Source: Azolla caroliniana
Lineage: Eukaryota > Plantae > Polypodiophyta
DNA: 64,000 nt
Direction of reading: 5' to 3'
Assembly (NCBI GenBank): GCA_043228905.1
Contig: JBHGNT010000016.1
Span: 2,914,001-2,978,000, forward strand
The notes under the pieces were generated by a model. The model was not told the DNA's origin. It searched no databases and worked only from the letters and a program-made list of their open reading frames with translations. Positions 35,501 to 52,900 of the stretch are shown one piece after another. Within the stretch, counting starts at the first letter, position 1, and the number at the start of each line of letters is the position of its first letter. A program made the translations under genes and the position numbers.

Positions 35501-36152
35501 CTCTCTCTTCTCCCCCGCTCGCGGGCCGTGTTGTGGCCGACCGCCTCGCCTCATGTTGCCGACACACCCATTCCACTTCGGGCCACTCCTCGGTGAGACC
35601 ATGCGCCCCATAATCGTCTTGAAGCTCGAACATGATGTCCATCCTCTCCTCATGATGGACCGTCTCCAAAAATAGGAGGACTTTGTCCGCCCCCACCGAT
35701 CTTCGTTCCCACTCCGAGAGTTGAGAGAAACGACGCTCGAACTCTCGGAATGCCTCTATTGCGCTCCGATGGCGCCTCGCCGACGCCATCCACCGATCGA
35801 ACTCTCGCCGACCTCTTACCTCCGATTCCGCGCACCCGTATGCCTCCATTAGAGCCCCTTCAAAGGACTCCCACGATTCGTGAGCTTCTTGGAGCTCCTT
35901 GACCTCCTCGTACTTTGATGCGGCCGCCGCTCGACGAAAGAACTCTAGCCTCGTCGCTTCGTCCACGCCCATCCCCGTCATTTCCGCATCGTAGGCTCTC
36001 AAAAATTTTGGGACCTCCTTCCCATCGAACCGGCCGACTAGACGGACCACCCTTTCGACCGCTTGTTGAGCCGCCTCTCGCCTCGCCCTCTTCCGTCCGG
36101 CGTCCATCAAGATCTTTGTCATCATCTCCTCGAAGTCGAAGCCTTCCTCCAT
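32547..36152 (-). CDS. 1201-aa Gag-like protein with a long repetitive acidic/Gly-rich extension
   Basis: ATG about 20 nt after the PBS. The N-terminal ~200 aa (GRFDGKEVPKFLRAYDAEM...SWESFEGALMEAYG...FREFERRFSQLS...GLTEEW) resembles retrotransposon capsid Gag. It is followed by repeated GGxATFHTPxLE...GPSA.xRP...GGGGKAG modules. No CCHC knuckle seen. Confidence 0.75.
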   Translation of the reverse strand: MEEGFDFEEMMTKILMDAGRKRARREAAQQAVERVVRLVGRFDGKEVPKFLRAYDAEMTGMGVDEATRLEFFRRAAAASKYEEVKELQEAHESWESFEGALMEAYGCAESEVRGRREFDRWMASARRHRSAIEAFREFERRFSQLSEWERRSVGADKVLLFLETVHHEERMDIMFELQDDYGAHGLTEEWPEVEWVCRQHEARRSATTRPASGGEERATTDYAMPPDESSSRTGLEGLDLQALIREACGLVMAKIEAEEWLIAGSGPSGSEDAEEGASSHMEDGAYAEAEREWYIGTTGEGAERAALSTWGERTTEDEVGDGEAAIADSSGHGGFGTWWPESSSTEETSGGTATFHAPVQETPAAGPSARVRPREKHGGGGKAGNRDNGKETAEEAAASITDACIYGGGVATDNDVRAEVAADITSTSGGPATLHASFLEITAAGPSARVRPMVKGGGCGKAGDHGVDTREGAEQATVSSRGKRTAMDEADIYGAMDATSRVGGSFGTRLPETFYEDFASILEACEMEEEEETSVGVATFHTPALEASAVGPSAGTRPGATDGGGGKADNRDKDETGEKEAAASILDACETEDGVATDDDVRMEVATDERSGGVATFHTPVLETPAPGPRAGERPRVTDGGGGKAGNRNDDDMGEGAERATLSSCGEWTAKDEAGDYKAESATSKVGGRFGARRPKTSSGEEASGGAATFHTPALEASAVGPSAGTRPRTTGGGGGKAGKQNDAENGEEEVVASILEAYGIGDGGAADNDVRTKAVTETTSGGAGSLPTPILEAPMAGPSAGMRLSATGGDGGRAGNGNEKEDWSGRRQDPLTPGPETSAVVLECQRETGEMGGDREEVRPGESAYEDEYAGPGMGVYGGSDGEDRSGNEERVGNRPDRNTARKKKRVRAGEPGPNRRKPARPIGRLRLRLRLRLRWEPVSARWRLTGHDDHGSGEKRKQTRPSIPTLETTAVADQHKTGETAGGSEESEAGAYEVTRTDIRYEMVDGWVQDGEPVSERATATKEEKTDTEVGSTAEERDEMHAIRPMEGQDTSMPTKEPHRATEDDGRITPSRGEYEEEGGDDETRHDAREDWWEEVAYGEAKTGGHEDKTREGSSTPAIETPAIGASADVRPRVADGGGEGTKATTDEGTERGIREVAVNEDVCAQRNEHDITKDVCGRAGQEGQEGVPSSETEVGEEG

Positions 36153-36172
36153 CTCTTTCTCCCTTGCCGCCC

Positions 36173-36190
36173 TTCACGTCGGGTTCACCA
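36173..36190 (-). promoter_or_regulatory. Primer-binding site complementary to the tRNA-Trp 3' end
   Basis: The + strand reads TTCACGTCGGGTTCACCA, matching the 3' 18 nt (including CCA) of plant cytosolic tRNA-Trp as I recall it. It lies 4 nt inside the 5' LTR. Confidence 0.85.
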
Positions 36191-39100
36191 AAGATGTCGC
36201 GTTGTTACACGCGTGCGTGGAGAAGGGCGGAACCACGGGGGTCTTGGACTAAGGAGAAGGGGAGAAGGAATAGGACTTCGGAATGGAGCTTAGCACAAGA
36301 AGAGGAAGAATGAACAAGAGGAAGATGGAGGCCAAATGCTCAACAAGATATATTAGAACCGAAAACCGATTACAAAATGGCGGCCGCGTAGGCCGCACCA
36401 AACGACTATGATAAACCCGAAACCCTAATCCGACGAAGAAGAAAAGAAACCCTAACTAAGGAACCCTAAACGAAATGGTATACCTCACTCACACTCAAAA
36501 ATAAGGCAACCCCCACAATGGTGCTCTTCCTCTCCTTTTATAGCACAAGGAGAGAAGACCGTTTACAAAAAGGGTGCTACAAAATATCCCCTTTCAATCA
36601 ATGGGGATATTTCCCTTGATTTTAGGGGAGGTGGGAAGGATGGGTCTTAACTCCCACCTCTACACGAACTACTATGTACCTATCTCTCTCTCTCACGTGG
36701 ATGTGCGCGCAAAAGCACATCACCTTTACACTTTACAAATCCTAAGGTGCATTTCTAGCACCATACTTATCACTATCGATAAATAGAAATACAACATGTT
36801 GATGTGCAACGTTGCACATCGCGGTTTTGCTTGCTTCGCTCGGTTTTTCGCCTATGGACGAAAATCTTCACGACACCGTAGTTCAACTTCACCGCTTAGG
36901 ACCCGTTCACGCCCGAAGTGATAATGCACTTCTATGTGCTTTGTGCGAGCATGGAACACAGGGTTCTTGGCGAGTTGCATGCTGATGAGGTTATCGCAGT
37001 AGATCATGATCGGGGTCGGTACCTCGATCCATAGGTCTTGCAGTAGTCGCCGAAGCCAAATGGCTTCGCAGGTGGCAACGGTCGCACCCCAGTATTCAGC
37101 CTCAGTGCTGGATAGAGCCACTGTTGCCTGCTTTTTGCTGCTCCACGCAACAGCCGCGCTCCCAAGAGAAAACATAAAACCGGAAGTTGAGCGACGATCC
37201 GTTGCATCGCCAGCCCAGTCGGCATCCGTGTAGCCGACAAGCTCTTTGGTTATACCTTGCCGGTATAAGAGCCCCCGGTCCTTAGTGCCGCTTACATACC
37301 TCAGTATTCGTTGCACGCACTGAAGGTGCTCCACGGTTGGCTTCTGCATGAATTGGCTTACCACTCCGACCGGATAGCTAATGTCGGGTCGGGTGATGGT
37401 CAAGTAGATCAGGCTTCCGACTATTTGTCGGAACCGTTTCTCATCGCAGGCTGGTCTGGAATTGGGACGGATCTTCTAATTCCGGTCCAGGGGTGTGGAG
37501 ACAGGTCGACATTCCGTCATGCCGAACTTGTACAATATATTCAACACATAATGGCGTTGAGAAAGCAATATGCCGTCGGGGGTGCGGATCACCTCGATCC
37601 CCAAAAAATAATGAAGGTCCTCCAAGTCCTTTATATCAAATGCGTCCAACAACTGGGACTTGACACGGTTGATTTCCAGAAGACCTGGGCCGGTGATGAC
37701 TAAATCATCAACATAGAGTAAGATACATACCGGACCGTTTGAGCCTTGATGGATGAACAGGGAAGAGTCTGACTTAGAGGCAACAAACTCCATCTTTCGC
37801 AACCAGTGCGTGATCTTAGCATTCCAAGCACGGGGGGCTTGCTTCAAGCCATACAACGACTTCCTCAGCCGACATACTGCCGACTTGTTCACCTCCGATT
37901 GAAATCCAGGGGGCTGAGTCATAAAGACTTATTCTTCAAGATCTCCTTGAAGGAAGGCATTCTTCACATCCATCTGATGAAGATGCCACCCCCTTGCCGC
38001 AACAACCGCCAGTACCACACGAACCGTCGTCATCTTCGCTATAGGAGCGAAGGTCTCGTCGTAGTCGATTCCGTGGGTCTGTGCATATCCCTTCGCCACT
38101 AACTGGGCCTTGTACCGGTTAACTGTACCGTCGGCATTGTACTTTACCTTGTACACCCACTTGCATCCGATCGGTTTACAGTGACGGGGAGGGTCAACCA
38201 GGTCCCAAGTTCCGTTGGCATCAAGTGCCCGCATTTCTTCCTCCATAGCGGCACGCCAATTTGCGTCCTTTGCCGCTTCTGCGTAGCTCTCCGGCTCACG
38301 CACTTCCGCGACCTTGGTCATGTACGCATAATGATGCGCCATGTACTCGTTATACCCGTACCATTTAACGGGATCCTTCTGGCGGGTGGATCGGCGTAAC
38401 TCACCGTTACCCGATATGAGACCCTTCTTGGCCGGTTCGGTCTTCGTTCCCAAAGATCTGCCTATGTCCTTGCCGAAGTCATATGCGCACCGATCCAACT
38501 CGTCATTGCCGGTCTCGAATTCCGGCATCTTCTGCTTCCCTTTCTCTTTGCGTGTGAACCGTCTCCTCGGTTCCTTGCGCAGGGAGAGCACGACAGAGTC
38601 TCCACTACTCGTCGTCTCATCATTTGACTGGTTGGACTGATCCAGTCTCTCATTCGGTCCGCTTATCCGGAATGATTCCGGACTCTCATCTTGAGTCCCG
38701 ACTTCATCTTTCTCTACCTGGGCCGGCTCGGGCTCACTAGCCCCATCCTCCGACATCGGGTCGGGATCGGAAGTCGGAGTCAGTAAGGAATACCACAATG
38801 CTGATTCATCAAACTCAACATCTCGGACCTGCTTCGTCCAGGGGTTATAACACTTATACCCCTGTTGTTCTTGAGCATAGCCGACTAGGATGCATTTTTC
38901 CGATTTTGCATCTAGCTTTCTCCGCTTCTCATCCGGCACATGTACATAGGCTATGCAACCGAATATCCGGAGGTGTCTCAAATTCGGCTTGCGCCCGAAA
39001 TACAGCTCGTGAGCTGACACCTTGTCCCCAATCCGGTTCTGGATGTAAACGACCGTTTGGACCGCCTCTACCCAGTAGAACTTGGGCATGCTCTTTTCCT

Positions 39101-41210
39101 CCAGCATTGCCCTAGCCGCGTCAATCAGCGACCGATTCTTCCTTTCGGCCACACCGTTTTGTTGCGGTGTGTATCTGCATCTGAATTCTCGCCGAATTCC
39201 TTTTTGTTGCAGATAGTTGTTGAATTGGCCGGAAAAGTACTCTTTTCCACCATCCGACCGTAGGCATTTGATCTTCCTCTTCGATTCCTGTTCCACCATC
39301 TTCCGGAGGCTCTGGAAACACTCGAAGACTTCGCTCTTCTGCTTAATGAGGTAGATCCATGTATGCCGCGTGTAGTCGTCGATGAAGGAGACGAAATATC
39401 GACTCCCGTCAATGCTAACATTTTGTGTCGATTCCCACACATCCGAATGGATAAGATCGAGCTTGTTACGGCTTCGATTTCTTTCGGTGGGGAATGGAAG
39501 CCGGTGTTGCTTCCCGAGTTGGCAGGCTTCACAAATCTGGGCTCTCCGGCCGATAAACTTCGGCAAACCGAAAACGACTTGTTTCGTTTGCAGGTCTTGA
39601 AGCCTTTGGTAGTTGACGTGGTCGATCCGCTTGTGCCACAGGTCGATATCCGACTCGACCTTCTGTCCTTTGGCAAACAATGCGGTGCCGACATCATTGG
39701 TGTTGAGGATAAACATCCTCCCATCTCTGCGCCCTTGCGCAGTAACTTCGCCCTCATCCTCAATGAAGCACCCGAGGTGCGTAAACCGCACCTGCATCCC
39801 CTGGTCGACGATCTGTCCAACCGACACCAGGTTCTTCGTGATTGTCGGAACATGTAATACATTCATCAACTTCCCCCTCTGTCCGACGTGGCTCAAAGGG
39901 ACTTCTCTGACGTGCACGATCGGGTGGGGAGTGTCGTCTCCGGTTTCGACAACTCCCGGTTGATCTGGCTTCTCCAAAAAGGAGAACCACTCCTCGTGGC
40001 TCGTCATGTGGTTCGATGCGTTGGAGTCAACGTACCACACTTCCTCCGATTTGGAAGTGGTCTTCTTCATTGAGTTTGCCTTGTGCTTCATCACCAAGCC
40101 TGGCCCCTTACCGTTCTTGGATCCTCCCAATCCGTTTGCGTAGTGCGAGCTTTGCCGGCCTCCCTTACCGGTCTTGCCGGATCCGGATTTGTCTGAATCG
40201 ACACGCTTTCTCCAGCACTCGCTTTCCCTGTGGCCCTTTTTGCCACAGTACCAGCATTCCGTAGCGGAATAGTCTTGCCGGCCTCTAGCACCACCTTGAC
40301 TCCCCCTGCTTGTGGAAGTCCCGGAACTGTTGTCGGCACGCTCACTCTGCCTTCGTTCCTGCTCTTGTCGGCCGCCTCCATTGCGTGCCGACTTGCCTCG
40401 TCCACCATGCCCGCGGGACCAATCCGCTCCCGTGTACAACATCCGGTTGTCTGGGGATGCACTGGTAGATGCACCGACGTGGTTCTCCTCTACAAGGAGC
40501 ATCGACTGTAAGTCGAAAAATGAGGGCGTATTCTCCCTTGTACAAACCGCAGTCCAGAAAGCTCCGAACTTGGACGCCAGGCCTCCAAGACAGACCTACA
40601 CCATCTCGTCTTCCTCTACAGTGACGTTAATAGAGGCAAGCGAGTCACAGATCCCTTTGATCCGGTCTGTGTAATCTGCCACCGACATGTTCTTCTGTCG
40701 AACATTGCTCAACTCCTGTCTGAGTTGCAGCTTCCGGGTAGTGGTGCTTGCGGCGATGACCTTTTTCAAGTTTCCCCAAGCATCCTTCGGTGTCTTGGCG
40801 TCACGGATATGGCTGAGCAGCTGGTCATCGACACTAGACGCGAAGCAGTACATCACTTTGCTTGCCGCCTGTTCCCACACTGGGAAGTCCTTGTGTGTCG
40901 TCTCCGGTGCTGAGTCATTCACTCCGTCGACATAACTCTAGTAGCCATGCCCAAGCAGGTACTGGTGCATCTTGTATGACCAAGATGCGTAGTTGGTTCT
41001 GTCGAGCTTCTCCATCGGGAGCGACGTAGCCATACCTTTGTCCATTTCTCCTTTTGTGTCTTGTTTTCCGATCTGTTAGGGTTTCCTTCACAAGCGTAGA
41101 TGTCTGCAGCAGAGGTTCTCAACCCACGCGCTCTGATACCATGTTAAAGATTGCTTGCGGAAGCGTTAGAAAGAACAATACACAAAGAGAGAGAGAGAGA
41201 GAGAGAGTAC

Positions 41211-41270
<60 letters not shown>

Positions 41271-41571
41271 AGGACACACTATTCTTCAAAATTATATGAA
41301 TACTCTGTGCTCTGTATCTACAACGCGCTCATCAGCGCTATTTATACAAGTCCACACGGGACTGTTAGAAGTACGGTGTACTTCAATGCTCACACGAGCA
41401 TCTAACACTAACTACAAGACTTTAACTGCCTAGTAGTCTAACCTATACTAGGCTTCCGGTTACGGATTGGATTCGGCATACCGGCTCCCCAACTCACCGG
41501 TCCTTACTGCTTACCGGCTCAGGCTTATTCAGTTGATCCGGCTCCGGTTGAGCTTACCACTCAACATGGGT

Positions 41572-42130
41572 CAACTTGTGTAAATTGTGCAAACATCCAC
41601 TGTGATCAAACTTGTCAAATTTGAGAAATGTAACGCCAAATCTGACAAACAATCAGACATTGTGTAAATCGACGAGTACTATCTTCCATTTGAACAGTGC
41701 AAAAAAGCAATTACCCGTTGCTAGTTCATGACGCTTTAGAGCTAATCTCAAAGGCAATCCTCCAATCAAAACTCTCCAAATGAAGACCTTTGCCACAAGT
41801 GGCAATTTAGAATGCCAACTACATTGTAAGATCTGCCACCACCCATGATCAGATTTGTGTAATCTCCATTCTTCTTCGGCCTTAGATGATAACCATCCAA
41901 GAGACTCAACAGAGCAATGATACAAAAGATTAGTAGTCACTTGTAACAACGACGTTTGACCCTTTAAACACCAATCAATCCATGGTTGTTCTCCTATTTT
42001 TAGAGACAAGGGACCTTGTATCAATGGAATATTTTGTAGTTGTTGCCAAATAAACCCATAATTAGGCAGAATGCGTAATAATTATCGTGTTTCAACAAAC
42101 TCCAAATTTCTTTGAGATGGAGCCTCAACT
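41572..42130 (-). mobile_element. LINE remnant (zf-RVT region), upstream half
   Basis: WQILQCSWHSKLPLVAKVFIWRVLIGGLPLRLALKRHELATGNCFF is a typical zf-RVT (W...P.K...F.W.....LP) signature. Confidence 0.8.
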
Positions 42131-42905
42131 ATATCTCCCACCTCTTTGACCCCTAAACCAAACAAACGATTAAATTAATAGCGTAATCTCTCCTTTCCTG
42201 GCCAACATAATAACCGAGAAGACACAAGCAATTCTTTTAGCAAAGAATTACAATGCTCTCTACTAGATGATGGTTTCCATACACATAACAAAGAGTGCTT
42301 CTTGCCATGAGGTAACCCATTGTTGAACACATGTAGAGCATGGAATCCTAAGTGATCTCTCTCTCTCTCTCTATGTTTACATGCAAGACATCGCGACATT
42401 CATAACTCGAGGCATAACATTGTTTCATGAGGAACACATATACACCCATTATAAAAGGGAGATATAATGATCGTCTAAGGAAAAAATAAGCACATATCGT
42501 CAATAGAAATTCAACATTTGTCATGGGGAAGGCAATGTTTTAGACATTCATGTCCAACTGACGTGGTAACATTAACAATCGGTGGACTCATTACAGACCG
42601 AACCTAAATACTATGTTAAGGCTCCGCACGTAAGAACCTGTGACTCAAGCAATGTTGACCAAGCCGCAATGGTATGCACATCCTACAAGTCTAATGGACG
42701 CAGGCCATGAACAAGGAACTCTTCATGGAGCGATGTAAAAACAAAAGAACACAAGTTTGAGCAGACCACAAGAAGCTCACGGACTCTGGCTGGCTAGCGA
42801 GTGTCGAGAGACGACCATCCATTTGTCGGTCCATCCGTCCGTCCGCCATAGCCGTGGCTTGCCAACGTTGGAAAGCGGACAGAACTGGTCGGCCCTGTCA
42901 GTGTT

Positions 42906-42966
42906 TTTGGCGGGAAAGAAGAAACCAATGAGAGATTTTGGCGGGAGAATGTGCTTTTTGGCGGGG
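42906..42966 (+). promoter_or_regulatory. Three E2F-binding sites plus a CCAAT box in the MCM6 promoter
   Basis: TTTGGCGG at 42906, 42937 and 42957 (the first also reads TTTCCCGCC on the - strand); CCAAT at 42925. About 210-270 bp upstream of the ATG. Confidence 0.8.
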
Positions 42967-43171
42967 AAGATCTCTCTCGCTCTCTCTCTGCGTCTGTGCC
43001 TTTGTCTGTATCGATCGATCGATCGATCTCCACTCAACGTTTCCTGTTTCCTTCGTGTAGCTGCTGGTCTTGCCTCCTCACTCTCTCATTCCCTGTCTGT
43101 CTCTCTGTCTCTCTGTTTCTGTCTGTCTCTCCATCTCTGTGTGTTCCCACAGGCGCACAGGCACCGCAGAT

Positions 43172-49931
<6,760 letters not shown>

Positions 49932-52900
49932 TATAGCTTGATGATCTTGAGAATGGTTGTAACTTGTAAGTCCTTTTCTTGAGTTTCATCCATTCAAATA
50001 TAGGCTCTCATATCTCCATGCATTTCTATTCAAATTCAGAGGGTATGGATCAATCGCGTATGTAGGTTATAAAACATAATTGGCATATCTGAATCTGGGA
50101 AGTGGAATCAAAACACATACCCATAATGTATATAAACGCAGAGATTGAGCATGATCAGCTGCTCTAAAGCATCTCATTGCACTCTGTAGGAATTAGGATT
50201 TTTGCCATTACCTGTATCATTGTCTCTCATCACCACCACTTGAAATGTTATCACAAATTCTTTCTTTTCAACTTATTGTTTTACCTAAAACTAGCTATCC
50301 TGTGAAGAAGAAATTGAAGCCCTGGGGAGGATAGATAGAATGGTGTGGCGACCGCCGACTTATGCAATTATTGATAGAATGCTTCGAAATGTGTGGATTT
50401 ATTGTGAGGTTTGAGAGGCATAACTGTAAACGCAAACATATAAGCAGAATGTTTACCAACATATGGATAAGAATTTTGCTTTTTGGAATACAATGTGACA
50501 TTGTAAAATTAATCGGAATTTTTGATAAAGAGCAGCAAATTCACATGTGCGAAATGTACTATGAGGGAAGGTAGACATAATTGAACATATGCAAAGAAAC
50601 GCTTGTGCAATCCATCACATTTGTTAGTTAAATGGTGTACTCAATTGAACATGCTCAAAACAGCCTATGAATTAAATCGGTTTTGTATTTCTAAAAATAC
50701 CAAACATCTTTTATAAATATTATAATCCCTTAATGTTGTGTACTAGACTAAGCATTAAATAAGGAGATTTGGAAAAGTACAATGGGGTTCCAATTCAATG
50801 TACAATGGCATTGAGTGTAAGTGAATTAGAATATGAAATGATGCTTAAGCCATAGTTAAACTATTTGCGTGCAATTGCTACTCTTAAGTTTGATGTAAGT
50901 TTGAGAAACCAGCAATCATCGACAATGACAGTTAAAGCCTTATGTATGGAAGTGCATTGTTATTTTGTTAGGTTTATTGAGTGGTTATAGTGTAGTCGAT
51001 TGTGAGTAAAAGTAAATTATCTCGCATATTAGTAGCCACTTGACAAGTTTTGATTTTTTAAACTATCGAGTCTTCTATGTCTTAAGGATATTAAAATGTA
51101 CTTAAGGAGAGGATTGAGATGTGAGCACATTCTTAGAGGTACATATATCAAAGTCCTTTTGGAATGTGTGCGCGTATATGAGGTCGAGATCGGTCTTTCT
51201 TATTGTTAATAGGATGCTATGTAGAAAGGGATATATGTATGTATATGGGTTACACGTGCCACCAAAGGGTCATGAATAGCCTTACTTTAAAGCTTGTTAT
51301 ACATGTGGTTATTTTCCAAAATGATGACCTCGTATTACTTTATGTTAGTTATTCAACTTATAACTTAATGATTGTGCAAATATGTTTCCTTTTAAACATG
51401 AACAATATAGAATGGAAGCTTTTTCGAGGAAATCTTATTCGCTTTACTTTTTTCTGTGAATAACTTAGCAACATAACACAAATCCAAAGAAGAAGATTCA
51501 TCATTTACATCTTAAACTTCTACAGGGAATAATATAAAACACATGCATGACGTCACCTATTAATAATTCAAGATATGATTAACAACCTAAAACATGGTGA
51601 TTATGAATATAGTCCTTTAAAAATACTTATGATGTAACTTATGACAGTATCTTGTCCAAGAGATAAAAGGGTAAATATGTATGATTAAAAATACAATTGC
51701 TCGTACTTTGACTTGTCAAGCCACAAGTTACACGGTACTTACACATTTTTAGTTTGAACAAGGTGTTAAGAACTGAATGTGGTTCTTTTAAACAAAATGG
51801 GAAAGAACTTCATGGCATTATATTGTCCGATTGAAGGAAAAAGTGGATATGTGTAATTAAATTGCATTTGACTGTAATTTGTTGGTCAATACAACACCTT
51901 TACAACTTGATACATTATTGTGGTTTTCCTTAAGAAAACAATCTTGGATTATGACACTTATCTTGCCTCAAGGGAGAAAGAGGATGCATGGTTCAAAAAC
52001 CTTTGCACGAATTTTTTTCGTCAAACCTTGAAAAATTACTGAAAGATATTATAATACTTGACGGAAATGAGGCTTACTATTGGAAACTTTTATTATTACA
52101 TAGTTAGCAATGACATGATAGCATGCTTGAAGAAATAAATACTACAACATTGTCTTAGTACGACATGACAACGATATAATAATCCTCGAGGCAAGCATCA
52201 TCAAGATGTAGATTTTTATGCTTGATGCAATATTGATATTGTCATTTTTTTATGGTTTTCAACCCTTGGTTGTGGAGCACGACTCCATATAAAGTGATTG
52301 TTTTAGTGACAACACATGAACATACAGACATTGTCTCCTATTATTGAGGAGAATTTTCTTATTGCGCATGATCTCAAACTAAAATTATGAAAACTTTTAT
52401 AATGATTACAAAAGCAAACACTTTGCTGGAGACTCAAGCTTGAAATGTCCATAAGGCCATAAAGCATAAGGTTTAATAATACACCGTCAAATTTGTGCAT
52501 TTAGATTAAAAAAACTTAATAATACAAGCTTGGAAACTATGAATTGTGTAATGCTTTCGCTTTGTCTTTTATCACATAACATGTTATTTATCTTGCTATA
52601 GCCAATACTTTTATTGGCGCGGTTAGGGTAAAAATGCTTAATGGCGATGTTGTTTATGTTGCCGATGTGAAAGGTATGATAATGAATACCTTCAAATGCA
52701 TATTCCTTTGATCATCGTTGTAGCAGTTTAGTTATATGATTGAGCATAAGATCATCGAGTGTTCAACATCCACAATTTCATCACTTTTTCTTTGCCTTCC
52801 CCAATTGTGGATGTCTTGTTGTTGGTGAGACTCACAACGATACATTTTGCTAGGAGTGGCGAGATCATGTGAATGTATAACCTCTTCTTGAAGTGGGAGG

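Larger units (their letters stand above)
31195..36875 (-). mobile_element. Young non-autonomous Gag-only LTR retroelement (TR-GAG-like, probably Ty3/gypsy-derived) nested in copia RNase H
   Basis: Direct repeats 31195-31875 and 36195-36875 (681 bp, TGTCG...CGACA, one visible mismatch at 31848/36848). TSD CCGT. tRNA-Trp PBS 36190-36173 and PPT about 31890-31876. No PR/RT/RH/INT motifs recognised. Confidence 0.93.
29975..41566 (-). mobile_element. Full-length but inactivated Ty1/copia retrotransposon hosting a nested insertion
   Basis: LTRs 41142-41566 (5') and 29975-30365 (3'), with about 19 substitutions plus a (GA)n length difference. TSD TGGGT (29970-29974 / 41567-41571). PBS TGGTATCAGAGC at 41141-41130 and PPT at 30380-30366. 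gag from ATG 41045, [38 protein letters not shown], RNase H ADWAGD...STEAEY. Several in-frame stops. Confidence 0.97.

Noticed and set aside
36173-36190. tRNA-Trp-like sequence as a tRNA gene
   Set aside because: Only the 3' 18 nt including CCA are present, next to an LTR, so it is a PBS and not a gene.
31909-36313. Numerous overlapping + strand ORFs within the nested element
   Set aside because: Expected shadows of a GC-rich repetitive ORF on the opposite strand; no independent domain evidence.
31195-36875. LTR copies offset by exactly 5000 bp, suggesting an artificial or assembly duplication
   Set aside because: TG...CA ends, TSD, PBS, PPT and one mismatch are all consistent with a real LTR element, so the round number is taken as coincidence.
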